Virus record (IMG/VR): IMGVR_UViG_3300010049_000010 | Location: 128,749 to 192,748 of that record | DNA: 64,000 nt | Direction: 5' to 3' (one strand) | DNA from: a virus | Taxonomy: Duplodnaviria > Heunggongvirae > Uroviricota > Caudoviricetes | Part shown: positions 29,782 through 38,503 of the stretch, in pieces | Layout: every line of letters starts with the position of its first letter | How positions within the stretch are numbered: position 1 is the first letter of the stretch | The notes under the pieces: generated by a model | Databases searched by the model: none | What the model saw: only the letters and a program-made list of their open reading frames with translations | Told to the model about the DNA's origin: nothing | Program-made: the position numbers and the translations under genes

Positions 29782-31164
29782 CTAGTTGTTGCCTGTGAGG
29801 CTGTTTAATATTGCGACTTTGTAAGTTTCATAAGCAGAAGTTATCGTTCCAATTTCTTTTAAGTAAGGCGCAATTTCAGTAAGTTGAACTGTTTTCAAAT
29901 AATTTTGTAATGCTTCAATTTTCTGAATATCGGCAAGGAATTTTGTTCCGTCAAAGTTTTCTACAAAGTTTTTCATGCCAATTGCTGTTGCAGGATATTC
30001 CTTCTTGATCATTACCATTATTTTTTGCAAGTTAACATCATTTACTGTGCCGTTGGATTCTTGATGTCTGAGCCATTCCGAAATACATTTGTCAATTGAT
30101 TTTCCGCTGAACTTTAATTCAGTTGCATTCATTTCAGATTTATTAAGCTCAACTGCTTTTCTGAGAACTTTTTGTATCGCTGTCATAAATGCAGTTTTAT
30201 AATCCTCTTTATGTTTATCAGAATGCAAGCCACCAGTTCCCGCTCCACCTAATCCCATGAAAATATTATGCACAACATCCTTGTTAGTTTTCCTAATGAG
30301 ATTTATATGAATACAACCGAGCGCCATTTTATACATATAATCGACAGTTCGTCCAGTGATAAAATTGTAAATGGGCCCTGGCTGATCAAATAAGTCGGCG
30401 TATTCAGTGTTATTAACATCAAGGAAAATATCCTTGTCGTCTTTTTTACTGAAAGTTCCAAACATAAATTTCAGAGATTCTTTAAGAATTGCTCTTGCAT
30501 CCGCACGGATATTATCCGTAATAATATTTCTTTTGAATACGGGAATATTTGCTGTTCTTTCTTCCTCGCTCTGTAAAAACTCATCAACGAGTGCAGTTGA
30601 ATCTGAATAACGAACATTGATAATACAGAAACGATTTAATGTCGGTGCTTGAATACCGCACTGAGGAGGGATATTTCCCTTGTAATTCGCCGCGGCCACA
30701 ACAAGACAATCATCAGGTAAATAATTATCACGACCACCAACTCTCCGGTCAAAAATTAATTGTAACATTGCTCCTTGAACATTATCCGCCGCCTGTGATA
30801 ATTCATCAACAAAAAGCAGAGTTTTAAATCCAGCAGCTTTATTTTCCGTTATTTCGTCAAACCAGTCGGGAGTGTAAGTAATGAGACGTTTTTGCCCAGT
30901 ATCATTTACCATGTAGCCGAGAATTTCTTCAGCAACTCTTTGCGTTCCAATGAGCGTAGTTACTTTGTAACCAAAAGTTTTCGCCCATGTCCGTACACCT
31001 GTAGTTTTCGCAATGCCAGGATTTCCGAGATAAAGAATCGGAACTTTTGTGTATTCGGTCAAAGTCAAAGTTGTGTAAAGTAAGTCCCTAATTTCATTCG
31101 GATTCCGTACAACTGGGGTGTCATCTTTTTCCATTGTTGGATCTTGTGTTTTTCCTTGATTCAT
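29782..31164 (-). CDS. MoxR-like AAA+ ATPase
   Basis: GNPGIAKT, LFVDELS, VVAAAN, LNRF; partner of the vWA gene. Confidence 0.88.
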   Translation of the reverse strand: MNQGKTQDPTMEKDDTPVVRNPNEIRDLLYTTLTLTEYTKVPILYLGNPGIAKTTGVRTWAKTFGYKVTTLIGTQRVAEEILGYMVNDTGQKRLITYTPDWFDEITENKAAGFKTLLFVDELSQAADNVQGAMLQLIFDRRVGGRDNYLPDDCLVVAAANYKGNIPPQCGIQAPTLNRFCIINVRYSDSTALVDEFLQSEEERTANIPVFKRNIITDNIRADARAILKESLKFMFGTFSKKDDKDIFLDVNNTEYADLFDQPGPIYNFITGRTVDYMYKMALGCIHINLIRKTNKDVVHNIFMGLGGAGTGGLHSDKHKEDYKTAFMTAIQKVLRKAVELNKSEMNATELKFSGKSIDKCISEWLRHQESNGTVNDVNLQKIMVMIKKEYPATAIGMKNFVENFDGTKFLADIQKIEALQNYLKTVQLTEIAPYLKEIGTITSAYETYKVAILNSLTGNN

Positions 31165-31181
31165 TTTATTTCCTTAAATTT

Positions 31182-31210
31182 AATATAAGATTAACTTTTT
31201 TAAAATTCAA
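31182..31210 (-). promoter_or_regulatory. Sigma70-like promoter (class I)
   Basis: TTGAAT-N17-TATATT. Confidence 0.75.
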
Positions 31211-31232
31211 TAAAAGCCCGATTTCTCGGGCT
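31211..31232 (-). terminator. Intrinsic terminator
   Basis: AGCCCGA-TTTC-TCGGGCT with U-tract on - strand. Confidence 0.7.
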
Positions 31233-31238
31233 CGGAAT

Positions 31239-31574
31239 TTAATTCTGATAAAATCTCTTTTGCAAATAAAACAGGCCTTCATCAAAAGACACTTTGCGAA
31301 TAGTTTTTTCTTCATAAGTATAATCTCTGCCGCAAACATGCCTTGTGTGTTTTACAACCGGATTCCAAAGAATCGGTGTCATGCTGTCTCCATAGCGACC
31401 TTCGGTAATGCAGCGGACTATTCCACTAGAATAAATACCGTATTTTTTTCCGGGCTTTGAAGGAAATGTGAACATAAAAGTTCCATTTTCCAATTGTCTG
31501 GGCGTTGATATAAATTCTCCGCCTGTTATTTGCGCCGTAAGTTTGGCGAATGCAATTTTTTGGATTTGTTCCAT
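31239..31574 (-). CDS. Hypothetical protein, probable early gene
   Basis: Start moved to ATG 31574 after AAGGGAG; own promoter and terminator. Confidence 0.7.
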   Translation of the reverse strand: MEQIQKIAFAKLTAQITGGEFISTPRQLENGTFMFTFPSKPGKKYGIYSSGIVRCITEGRYGDSMTPILWNPVVKHTRHVCGRDYTYEEKTIRKVSFDEGLFYLQKRFYQN

Positions 31575-31603
31575 ATTTTCTCCCTTAATCATATTCATAT
31601 TAT

Positions 31604-31632
31604 ATTATAAGAAAATATGCTATTTCGTTCAA
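31604..31632 (-). promoter_or_regulatory. Sigma70-like promoter (class I)
   Basis: TTGAAC-N17-TATAAT. Confidence 0.8.
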
Positions 31633-31856
31633 ATTCTCCAAGAGCCTGTAATAAACATAGAACGTAAAGTCAGGTAATAACTGAGCAACTCAGATTCAGA
31701 TTGATCTTTTACAGTTATGAACACTTCAGGATTCCCCATTACTTTTTTAAGAATTTCTATCCGCTTCTTAAAATCATATATTTTATGCTTGCGAAAAAGT
31801 TCCTCTACTTCTTCACTATTTTGTGCTTTATTTAATTTACATTTTAAAAACATATT
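31629..31856 (-). CDS. Hypothetical protein
   Basis: ORF following the membrane pair; start uncertain. Confidence 0.45.
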   Translation of the reverse strand, partial: NMFLKCKLNKAQNSEEVEELFRKHKIYDFKKRIEILKKVMGNPEVFITVKDQSESELLSYYLTLRSMFITGSWRI

Positions 31857-32646
31857 ACCACCATTTAAAAACATATCTGCCACATACATAAACTAATGTT
31901 GTGACTCCGACTATAACGCAACCTGTAGTAAAAGATTTACTTCCAATAAAGTCGTTAATCGAATTATCCATTGTCATTCCTGCGATGCCCAAACCAATAA
32001 AAGTCCCACCTACTGTAAAACTAATTCCAGTTCCAAGTTGAACATAAGGCTGTATATTTAATCTTCGCTCTAAAGAAATATAATCTCTTTCCCAACGATC
32101 AATTTGTAAATTAGCAGTCGCAATTTCTTCTCTTAAACCTTCAGCAAGTTGTTCCATGTGCCACCAATTTTCGATAGCATCTTCAACACCTCTAGTTGCT
32201 GATGCCAAGCGCCTCTCTAAGTCTGCGATTATCCTCTGATTGTTCTCTAAAATATTCGTTAATAAGTCGTTGTCTAACAATAAGTCCATCGATAGTTGTT
32301 GCAGTGCTGTTAATTGCTCCTTCAAATTGAGTAAGTCTTGCATTTGAGCGTCTAACCAACTCAACGGCTCGTCTATTACTATCTCCGAGTTCGCTTGCGA
32401 GTTCACTTGATATACGAAGCTCTGTAAGTGCGTCTCTAAGTTGTTCGCCTTGCTCAGCATGAATGAGCTCAAATTCATCGATGATGAGTTCCATTCTTGC
32501 AACAGTAGCTCGTAACTCCTCTGCGTGTTTGATAATTCCTGACTTGCTTCCGTAGTATATATTGAACCCAATAGAAACAGCAAGAAGAACGCTGAGAATA
32601 ATAATTGTGAGGGTAGTTTTTTTAATTTTAATTGTTTGCTTTTCAT
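31855..32646 (-). CDS. Signal peptide + coiled coil + C-terminal hydrophobic segments; candidate spanin-like subunit
   Basis: Basic N-terminus plus LLFSAFFLLFLLG, long heptad region, two C-terminal hydrophobic stretches; overlaps the next gene in another frame. Confidence 0.55.
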   Translation of the reverse strand: MKSKQLKLKKLPSQLLFSAFFLLFLLGSIYTTEASQELSNTQRSYELLLQEWNSSSMNLSSFMLSKANNLETHLQSFVYQVNSQANSEIVIDEPLSWLDAQMQDLLNLKEQLTALQQLSMDLLLDNDLLTNILENNQRIIADLERRLASATRGVEDAIENWWHMEQLAEGLREEIATANLQIDRWERDYISLERRLNIQPYVQLGTGISFTVGGTFIGLGIAGMTMDNSINDFIGSKSFTTGCVIVGVTTLVYVCGRYVFKWW

Positions 32647-32650
32647 CCAC
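32192..32650 (-). CDS. N-terminal TM + coiled-coil protein; candidate i-spanin (Rz-like)
   Basis: GTG start 7 nt after AAGGAG; TM TLTIIILSVLLAVSIGFNIYY; helical domain after it. Confidence 0.55.
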   Translation of the reverse strand: MDEKQTIKIKKTTLTIIILSVLLAVSIGFNIYYGSKSGIIKHAEELRATVARMELIIDEFELIHAEQGEQLRDALTELRISSELASELGDSNRRAVELVRRSNARLTQFEGAINSTATTIDGLIVRQRLINEYFREQSEDNRRLREALGISN

Positions 32651-32697
32651 AAAATATCTCCTTTATAAGTAATTAGTAAATGAAAAGCAATTTGTGA

Positions 32698-32910
32698 TTA
32701 GTGTTTTTGTGTAATTCTGCCAGTTTTTGCTGCTGCACTATTGTCTACTTTATCACGTTTCTGTAGTTGTTCTAACACTTTGTCTGCATACTCTGCTGCG
32801 GACTCAGGTGTAGATCCTGCTTCGTGAAGTTTTGATTGGTACCAATCATACCACACATCACGCTCGAAATTGTTCGAAAATTTCAACATTTTTGTGTCCT
32901 CCTTTTTCAT
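32698..32910 (-). CDS. Hypothetical protein
   Basis: 70-aa ORF. Confidence 0.55.
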   Translation of the reverse strand: MKKEDTKMLKFSNNFERDVWYDWYQSKLHEAGSTPESAAEYADKVLEQLQKRDKVDNSAAAKTGRITQKH

Positions 32911-32914
32911 TTTT

Positions 32915-33178
32915 CTATTCCTCGTCTAACAGACGCCTTAGATCTTCTTTTGGAAGAATTATAATTCTTGACCAGCTTGTTTGAATCCAAATATATTCTG
33001 ATTTTGGATATCTTTCTTCCCATTTTGGGAGAAAATTAGTCATCGCATTTATATCTGAATTTCCACGATTATATAATTCATATATATTAAATCTTTTTTC
33101 ATACGTAATTATATCAAAATCTATTCCATTACAAGATATAAATAATATTGGAATTAAAATCAATAATTTTTTAAGCAT
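32915..33178 (-). CDS. Putative lipoprotein
   Basis: MLKKLLILIPILFISC-NG signal with lipobox-like Cys. Confidence 0.55.
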   Translation of the reverse strand: MLKKLLILIPILFISCNGIDFDIITYEKRFNIYELYNRGNSDINAMTNFLPKWEERYPKSEYIWIQTSWSRIIILPKEDLRRLLDEE

Positions 33179-33587
33179 AAGCAATTTCAAATTCATTCAA
33201 TTTTTCTTCATATTCTTTTTTAAGATTATCAAGTTTAGTTTCATATTCTGCATATTTTTTTGAATATTCAAGACGTATTTCAAATTCTTTTATACATTTT
33301 TCTTCCCATTTACCACAATTCTCTATATTAGAGAGAGTGCATTTTATTTCTTTTTCAAAATAAGGTTTAAGTTTCTCAGATATTAAAATAGCATATTTTT
33401 TTATATCCTCTAAAGAAAGATTGCAGATTTCATCTTCAGTCTTAATAAGAGCTAAATCAGCTTGTTCTTTAGGAAGAATAACTTCTTTCATTTCTTTTAA
33501 TTTCTTTTGTTCTTTTTTTAATTTTTTTTTATAATCAACAATTTTTTCTGCTGGGAATGTTATTCCGTGTGTTAAATATACAGCCAT
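33171..33587 (-). CDS. Hypothetical coiled-coil protein
   Basis: 138 aa; AAGGAG SD. Confidence 0.6.
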   Translation of the reverse strand: MAVYLTHGITFPAEKIVDYKKKLKKEQKKLKEMKEVILPKEQADLALIKTEDEICNLSLEDIKKYAILISEKLKPYFEKEIKCTLSNIENCGKWEEKCIKEFEIRLEYSKKYAEYETKLDNLKKEYEEKLNEFEIAYA

Positions 33588-33596
33588 TATTTCTCC

Positions 33597-34097
33597 TTAA
33601 TCGTATTTTATATCTATCTCTGAGTCTGGTGCCCAAAGAAACTTACGCAATGTTTCTTTATCGGTAAACATTTTTGCGCTTTCTTCTGAATTGTAAGGAT
33701 TAGATCCATGATTTAATTCGTATGCAATTTTATTGCTTGCGAATGCGTCATGTGTCCATTCATCATCTTCATTATACATATAATTTATTTTAATTTCTTC
33801 TACACCTAAGTCTTCTTGTAATACTTCACAAAACATATCAGTCCAATTAGTATTTCCTTTTTCAGATCCAGGACCTTCCATAATATAACACATCAATGCG
33901 GCCCAATTAAGTTTATCAATATTACTTCGATAAGTTTCATAATTCCAATCAGTTGTTCCTCCCAAAGTTTGAGGAATATCTAATCGTTTTACATTACCAA
34001 ATGCACTATGTAATTTTGGAATTTGAAGTGGGTCTTTTCCAATTATAATAAAACTGGAACTTGAACTGTTGCTTACGAAGCCATTTCTAATTTTCAT
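33597..34097 (-). CDS. Hypothetical protein with MKIRNGFVSNSSSSSF N-terminus
   Basis: Shares N-terminus with 23027..23377. Confidence 0.75.
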   Translation of the reverse strand: MKIRNGFVSNSSSSSFIIIGKDPLQIPKLHSAFGNVKRLDIPQTLGGTTDWNYETYRSNIDKLNWAALMCYIMEGPGSEKGNTNWTDMFCEVLQEDLGVEEIKINYMYNEDDEWTHDAFASNKIAYELNHGSNPYNSEESAKMFTDKETLRKFLWAPDSEIDIKYD

Positions 34098-34288
34098 TTT
34101 TTATCTCCTCGATCTTTACGAATTGCTTCATATAAATGATATTTATCTTCGTTGAAATTTATTCTATCAACGTATTCAATATCATTTCTCCTTTGTAACT
34201 CATTTGCTATATTAACTAAAGCTTGAGCTATCTCCCAGTGAACACTATTATATTCTCTGGTGTTATGATCAACTTCGTATTTTTTCAT
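34094..34288 (-). CDS. Hypothetical protein
   Basis: 64 aa, coupled to neighbours. Confidence 0.5.
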   Translation of the reverse strand: MKKYEVDHNTREYNSVHWEIAQALVNIANELQRRNDIEYVDRINFNEDKYHLYEAIRKDRGDKK

Positions 34289-34593
34289 AATTGAAGCCTA
34301 TCAATAGTATCTTCACCATAACTTTCGGCAAGCGTTTTCATAATAGCAGATGGGCCGAAAAACAACTTAACGTCTTTATTTTCATCAATTTTTCTTAAAT
34401 CTAATATATCTTCTGATTCTGTATTATACACATTAAAAATGTTTTCTTCATTAGATTTAAGATACATAAATAAATCACCATTGTTTGCTGTATTATGTCC
34501 AATTGGAAATAGATTTTCAGCTATACTCATCGTATTATTATGAATAGTAGCTGCTTCCTTTTTCTTTTGTCTATTACTTTTTACTTCTTCCAT
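34285..34593 (-). CDS. Hypothetical protein
   Basis: 102 aa; GTTAATAT-N6-ATG start. Confidence 0.6.
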   Translation of the reverse strand: MEEVKSNRQKKKEAATIHNNTMSIAENLFPIGHNTANNGDLFMYLKSNEENIFNVYNTESEDILDLRKIDENKDVKLFFGPSAIMKTLAESYGEDTIDRLQL

Positions 34594-34695
34594 AATTTTA
34601 TATTAACATACTTTTAATATTATAACATTTTAGTATGAAATTTCTTTCCTTTTTAAAGATAAATTTAGAAATGCAAGAATTTGCCGACTAAACGG

Positions 34696-35400
34696 CTAAA
34701 TCATGTAATCGAATGAGATTCCTTTTACAACTGCTTTTTTTCCTTGACAGCATTTTCTAATTGATGATTCACTTATTCCGGTCGCTTCCGAGGCTTCTTT
34801 TACGCTCGCATAATATTTATTATTAGAGTCTAAAATTGGTTTTTTCTTAGCATTAGATATAGCTTTATTATGTGATTCTGGTCTGTTCGCGGCATATTTA
34901 GCTATTGAATTCGCTCTTTTATTTAAAACGTCTTGATCTAAATTACTCATTGCATAAGATATTTTTCTTTTTATAATATTAGCCCTTCGTTTTCCATAAG
35001 CTTTTTCATAAGTTTCAGGCCTGTAAAATATTTGATAACATTCTTTTGCTTCTTGATATTCTTTGTAAAATATACTTTTTAAATCTCTAAATTTTCGAAG
35101 TATACAATAAGCTTCTGTATAATTAGCTATTGAATAATTTTCCCATCCCGGCATAAATTTAAATTCTCTTGCTCTTAATATATGCGCGCGAAAATGAATA
35201 GAAACTGGTAACCAGATTTCTTCTTCTTGATCTAAATCAGTACACTCGAATGATGGAATAACGTGATGTTTTTGAATTAAAATATTGCATTTATTATAAT
35301 GTTCTTTAGTAAATTGTCGCATATAAGTCATTAATTCCATATAAGAGTTTATTTTTTCAGCATGATAAAATTCAGATAAAAATGAAGTATCTATAATCAT
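34696..35400 (-). CDS. HNH homing-endonuclease-like protein with NUMOD1-type HTH
   Basis: HHVIPS...LPVSIHFRAH; C-terminal YASVKEASEATGISESSIRKCCQGK. Confidence 0.7.
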   Translation of the reverse strand: MIIDTSFLSEFYHAEKINSYMELMTYMRQFTKEHYNKCNILIQKHHVIPSFECTDLDQEEEIWLPVSIHFRAHILRAREFKFMPGWENYSIANYTEAYCILRKFRDLKSIFYKEYQEAKECYQIFYRPETYEKAYGKRRANIIKRKISYAMSNLDQDVLNKRANSIAKYAANRPESHNKAISNAKKKPILDSNNKYYASVKEASEATGISESSIRKCCQGKKAVVKGISFDYMI

Positions 35401-35493
35401 ATTAAATAGTAGAAAAGTCATTATTAGAAAGCATCATTATTTTGGATAGTTGGCAAGAATCATATTAAAACTATTTCTATATAGGAGATTAAA

Positions 35494-36237
35494 ATGGGAT
35501 ATAATACCAATAGAACAACAGCCCCAATTCGAGGCTTAGTAAATTCCGGCGCAGACTTAATGCAGCACATGTATGATATTAAAATTTATTTTCCTTCTTC
35601 ATCAGGACAACCAGAAGCAGCTTTTAATGCTTATCCAGTAACAGTAAGAGCAACCGGCTTCACAATTCCAGATGTTGAAGTTGGAACTTATGAAATTAAA
35701 TATCACGGAATAACGATTAAAAGACCAAACGCTAACTTGATAATGGATAGACAATTTGAAATTGAATTCAGAGAAGACGCAGCATTCGATTTAAGAAGAA
35801 GATTTGCAGCATGGTTAGGCGCAGTTGGTGATCCGGTTACAGGCGGTGTTTCTAACGCGACACAATTCTTTGGAAAAGTAGAAGTTGGAACTATCGGCGG
35901 CGCATATTTTGCTACTACAGTAAATAAACCTTATGATGGAAATGGAAACATTACAGGTAAACAAGACACTTATGGCGCAAATGATATTGAAGACACTTAT
36001 GGACATTTAACAACACGATCATCAATGAATCCTCTCGCATTATGGGCATTTTATAATGTTTGGGTTAGTAAATTAGGCGGTATTGCGTTCTCAACAGAAG
36101 GTGATGCAGCAAATAAATTCACTGTAACTTTTCAATTTATGGATATGGACTACCCACAATTTGGTGGCAATCCATTAGACTTAGGACAAACAGCAGCATG
36201 GAGATCACCGACTGCTTGGACGCAAAGATTAGAATAG
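35494..36237 (+). CDS. Tail tube protein (T4 gp19/gp54-like)
   Basis: RATGFTIPDVEVG, IEFRED..F.LRRRFAAW, AFYNVWVSKLGGIAFS, FTVTFQF. Confidence 0.7.
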   Translation: MGYNTNRTTAPIRGLVNSGADLMQHMYDIKIYFPSSSGQPEAAFNAYPVTVRATGFTIPDVEVGTYEIKYHGITIKRPNANLIMDRQFEIEFREDAAFDLRRRFAAWLGAVGDPVTGGVSNATQFFGKVEVGTIGGAYFATTVNKPYDGNGNITGKQDTYGANDIEDTYGHLTTRSSMNPLALWAFYNVWVSKLGGIAFSTEGDAANKFTVTFQFMDMDYPQFGGNPLDLGQTAAWRSPTAWTQRLE

Positions 36238-36246
36238 GAGTAAATT

Positions 36247-36438
36247 ATGGAAGACAAAGATTTGATTGAAAGATTAGAAGAAATTATAGAAACTATTAAA
36301 GACGGAAATCGTGAACAAGCTGAAACAGATTTAGCTGATCTTTATGATGAAATCGCCGATGAGTATGATGATTACGATGACGACGATGATGATTACGATG
36401 ATGAGGATGAAGACGAAGATATTGATGAGGATGAATAA
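36247..36438 (+). CDS. Very acidic small protein
   Basis: C-terminal half almost entirely D/E; AGGAG SD. Confidence 0.65.
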   Translation: MEDKDLIERLEEIIETIKDGNREQAETDLADLYDEIADEYDDYDDDDDDYDDEDEDEDIDEDE

Positions 36439-36743
36439 TGGGTTGGGGAAGTAATACTAGAACAGTAGGAGATCTCAAAACTCTTTTTTCAGACGCATTA
36501 GATTTACTTGAAAATTTAGATGATAAAATTGAAATCAGATTTGAAAGTAATACTTATTTCGTAAATAACGCCAAATATTTTCTCGGTTGTTCTGCAGGAT
36601 ATCTTGATTTAGAAAAGATTGCAGATAATCTTGAAGAAGATGAAGACTGTGATGGTGACTGCGACAACTGTGATAATGATGGTTGTCCAGATCATCCAGA
36701 TTACGATGATTATAAAGGAAGAAGCCCTGGTTTAGGCAATTAA
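36438..36743 (+). CDS. Acidic hypothetical protein with Cys cluster
   Basis: CDGDCDNCDNDGCPDH. Confidence 0.6.
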   Translation: MGWGSNTRTVGDLKTLFSDALDLLENLDDKIEIRFESNTYFVNNAKYFLGCSAGYLDLEKIADNLEEDEDCDGDCDNCDNDGCPDHPDYDDYKGRSPGLGN

Positions 36744-36784
36744 ATTATTTGTAAATCGCGTAACTAATTATTTAAGGAAAAAAA

Positions 36785-37144
36785 ATGAAAGATAGAAAAA
36801 TATTGAATCAAATATATGAATCTGTTTATGAACAAAAAGTTCCTGAACTAGAAAAATTTATGCATAAATTTGATAGATCAGATGATAGATTGTTAGAAGC
36901 TGAAAGACGTGCTGTAACTGCAATGACTTTCGAACCAGATACTCATGATTATATTGATGAATTAAGTGATTTAGAGTGCGAAGAAATTACAGGTGATTGG
37001 ATTAATTTAGTTTTAAATGAAGGCATATCATCAAGAGATGCACTCTCAACGATCTCAGAAGGCTGGGGTTTTGAAGTTGATATTATAAAAGACGTAATTA
37101 ATTCTGTTATAGGAGGTTACTTAAGTGGCTATCAACAATCTTAA
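36785..37144 (+). CDS. Hypothetical late protein (possible internal head protein)
   Basis: TAACTAATTATT motif upstream; IYE and LLE motifs. Confidence 0.55.
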   Translation: MKDRKILNQIYESVYEQKVPELEKFMHKFDRSDDRLLEAERRAVTAMTFEPDTHDYIDELSDLECEEITGDWINLVLNEGISSRDALSTISEGWGFEVDIIKDVINSVIGGYLSGYQQS

Positions 37145-38075
37145 TTTTGAAAAAATATTTGAAACTGTTAATTCAACAGCAGGTGGGTCTAGTTCCCTAC
37201 AAGCAACTGCTGCAGAAAACATGTTAGATCCTAATGTTCTAAATGAAGCATATAATCCAGATTGGGAAACAGACCCAGATTTTGATGGAATAAGTGGCTA
37301 TGCTGATTATGATGAATATGAAAGAGAAACTTCTTTTGATTATGATGATAATAGAGATGAGTGGGGAAATATAAGCGGCTCAGATTATTATACGGTAGGA
37401 CCATGTGAAAATTGTAATGAAGTTCCTTGTACTTGTCCATCTGATGATTATGGTTATTACAATGATTTGCCGGATGATGGAGGACCTCCAAAGGGACATT
37501 ATTCTGAACCGCTTTTTAAAGAAGGACCTCCTGGACCAAACGCAATTTGGAATAATGATTATTTCGATTGGGAAGAAAGTGAATTAGATGAAGGAGCTGA
37601 ATTAAAAGAAATGTTTAACGAAAATGACCCAATTTATGATACTAAAAATTTGCAAGAAAGATTATATCTTTTTAATAAATTAAATGAAAGAATGCAAAGT
37701 TTATCACCAACTCAATTAAGAGAAGAAAATGAAAATAAAAAATCTCCTTTGAATCTAGTGAGATGCAAATTAATAGATAATACTGCACAAGGTTGGCCTG
37801 ATCCAAAAGAAAACCCAAAAGGAACTCCTGAAGATATTGGCTCATATAATTATGCAGCTGCAAGAGAAAAGAAAATTGGAGATAATAGAAGAAAACGAGC
37901 TGAACAAGAAAATAAAGACGCAGAAAGTTCTTTTGCTAGTCCAAGACATACTAAAATACCTGAAGCATTATTAGACGGGCAAGAAGACCAATTTTTACAT
38001 GATTGGTTAGTTAAACAAAAACAAAAGACAAACTTATTAGAACAAAGAATAGATAAATTTTTAAGTAATTTATAA
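37125..38075 (+). CDS. Acidic low-complexity protein (possible internal head protein)
   Basis: GTG start after AGGAGG; many [LI]xE motifs. Confidence 0.6.
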   Translation: MAINNLNFEKIFETVNSTAGGSSSLQATAAENMLDPNVLNEAYNPDWETDPDFDGISGYADYDEYERETSFDYDDNRDEWGNISGSDYYTVGPCENCNEVPCTCPSDDYGYYNDLPDDGGPPKGHYSEPLFKEGPPGPNAIWNNDYFDWEESELDEGAELKEMFNENDPIYDTKNLQERLYLFNKLNERMQSLSPTQLREENENKKSPLNLVRCKLIDNTAQGWPDPKENPKGTPEDIGSYNYAAAREKKIGDNRRKRAEQENKDAESSFASPRHTKIPEALLDGQEDQFLHDWLVKQKQKTNLLEQRIDKFLSNL

Positions 38076-38086
38076 AGGAAAATATT

Positions 38087-38311
38087 ATGGCAGATTTAAG
38101 TGAAATACAGAAAGAATTGGACTATGATTTAGTTGAAAGATTAAAAGCTATTCAACAAAATATTGATTTGCTTAAAAGTTTGTTACGCGGGAAACAAGAT
38201 AAAATTAGGTCATCAGTGTCTATTATCAATACAATTGGCGGAGACGTAAATGATCTATTATTTGATTTAACAAAAGATAATTTTTATAAGAAGAAATTTA
38301 AGGAGAATTAA
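38087..38311 (+). CDS. Hypothetical protein
   Basis: 74 aa; SD present. Confidence 0.55.
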   Translation: MADLSEIQKELDYDLVERLKAIQQNIDLLKSLLRGKQDKIRSSVSIINTIGGDVNDLLFDLTKDNFYKKKFKEN

Positions 38312-38502
38312 TGAAAAAATTATTTGAAACAATTTATGATGAAACTAAACTTAATGAAGGTAGAGATAGAACTAATGCTAGATTATTATTTGGAAATAAA
38401 CTCGCAAGCGTAATATCAGATGCGATAGATTCTGGCGTTAGTATTAGTGAAATACAAAAGAAATTTGATGATATATTAGAATTCTATGTAGTAGGAGATT
38501 AA
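38311..38502 (+). CDS. Hypothetical protein (possible internal head protein)
   Basis: MKKLFETIYDETKLNEG N-terminus. Confidence 0.55.
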   Translation: MKKLFETIYDETKLNEGRDRTNARLLFGNKLASVISDAIDSGVSISEIQKKFDDILEFYVVGD

Positions 38503-38503
38503 A

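Noticed and set aside
36360..36435. GAT/GAC trinucleotide run as a DNA repeat
   Set aside because: Explained by poly-Asp/Glu coding; the codons vary.
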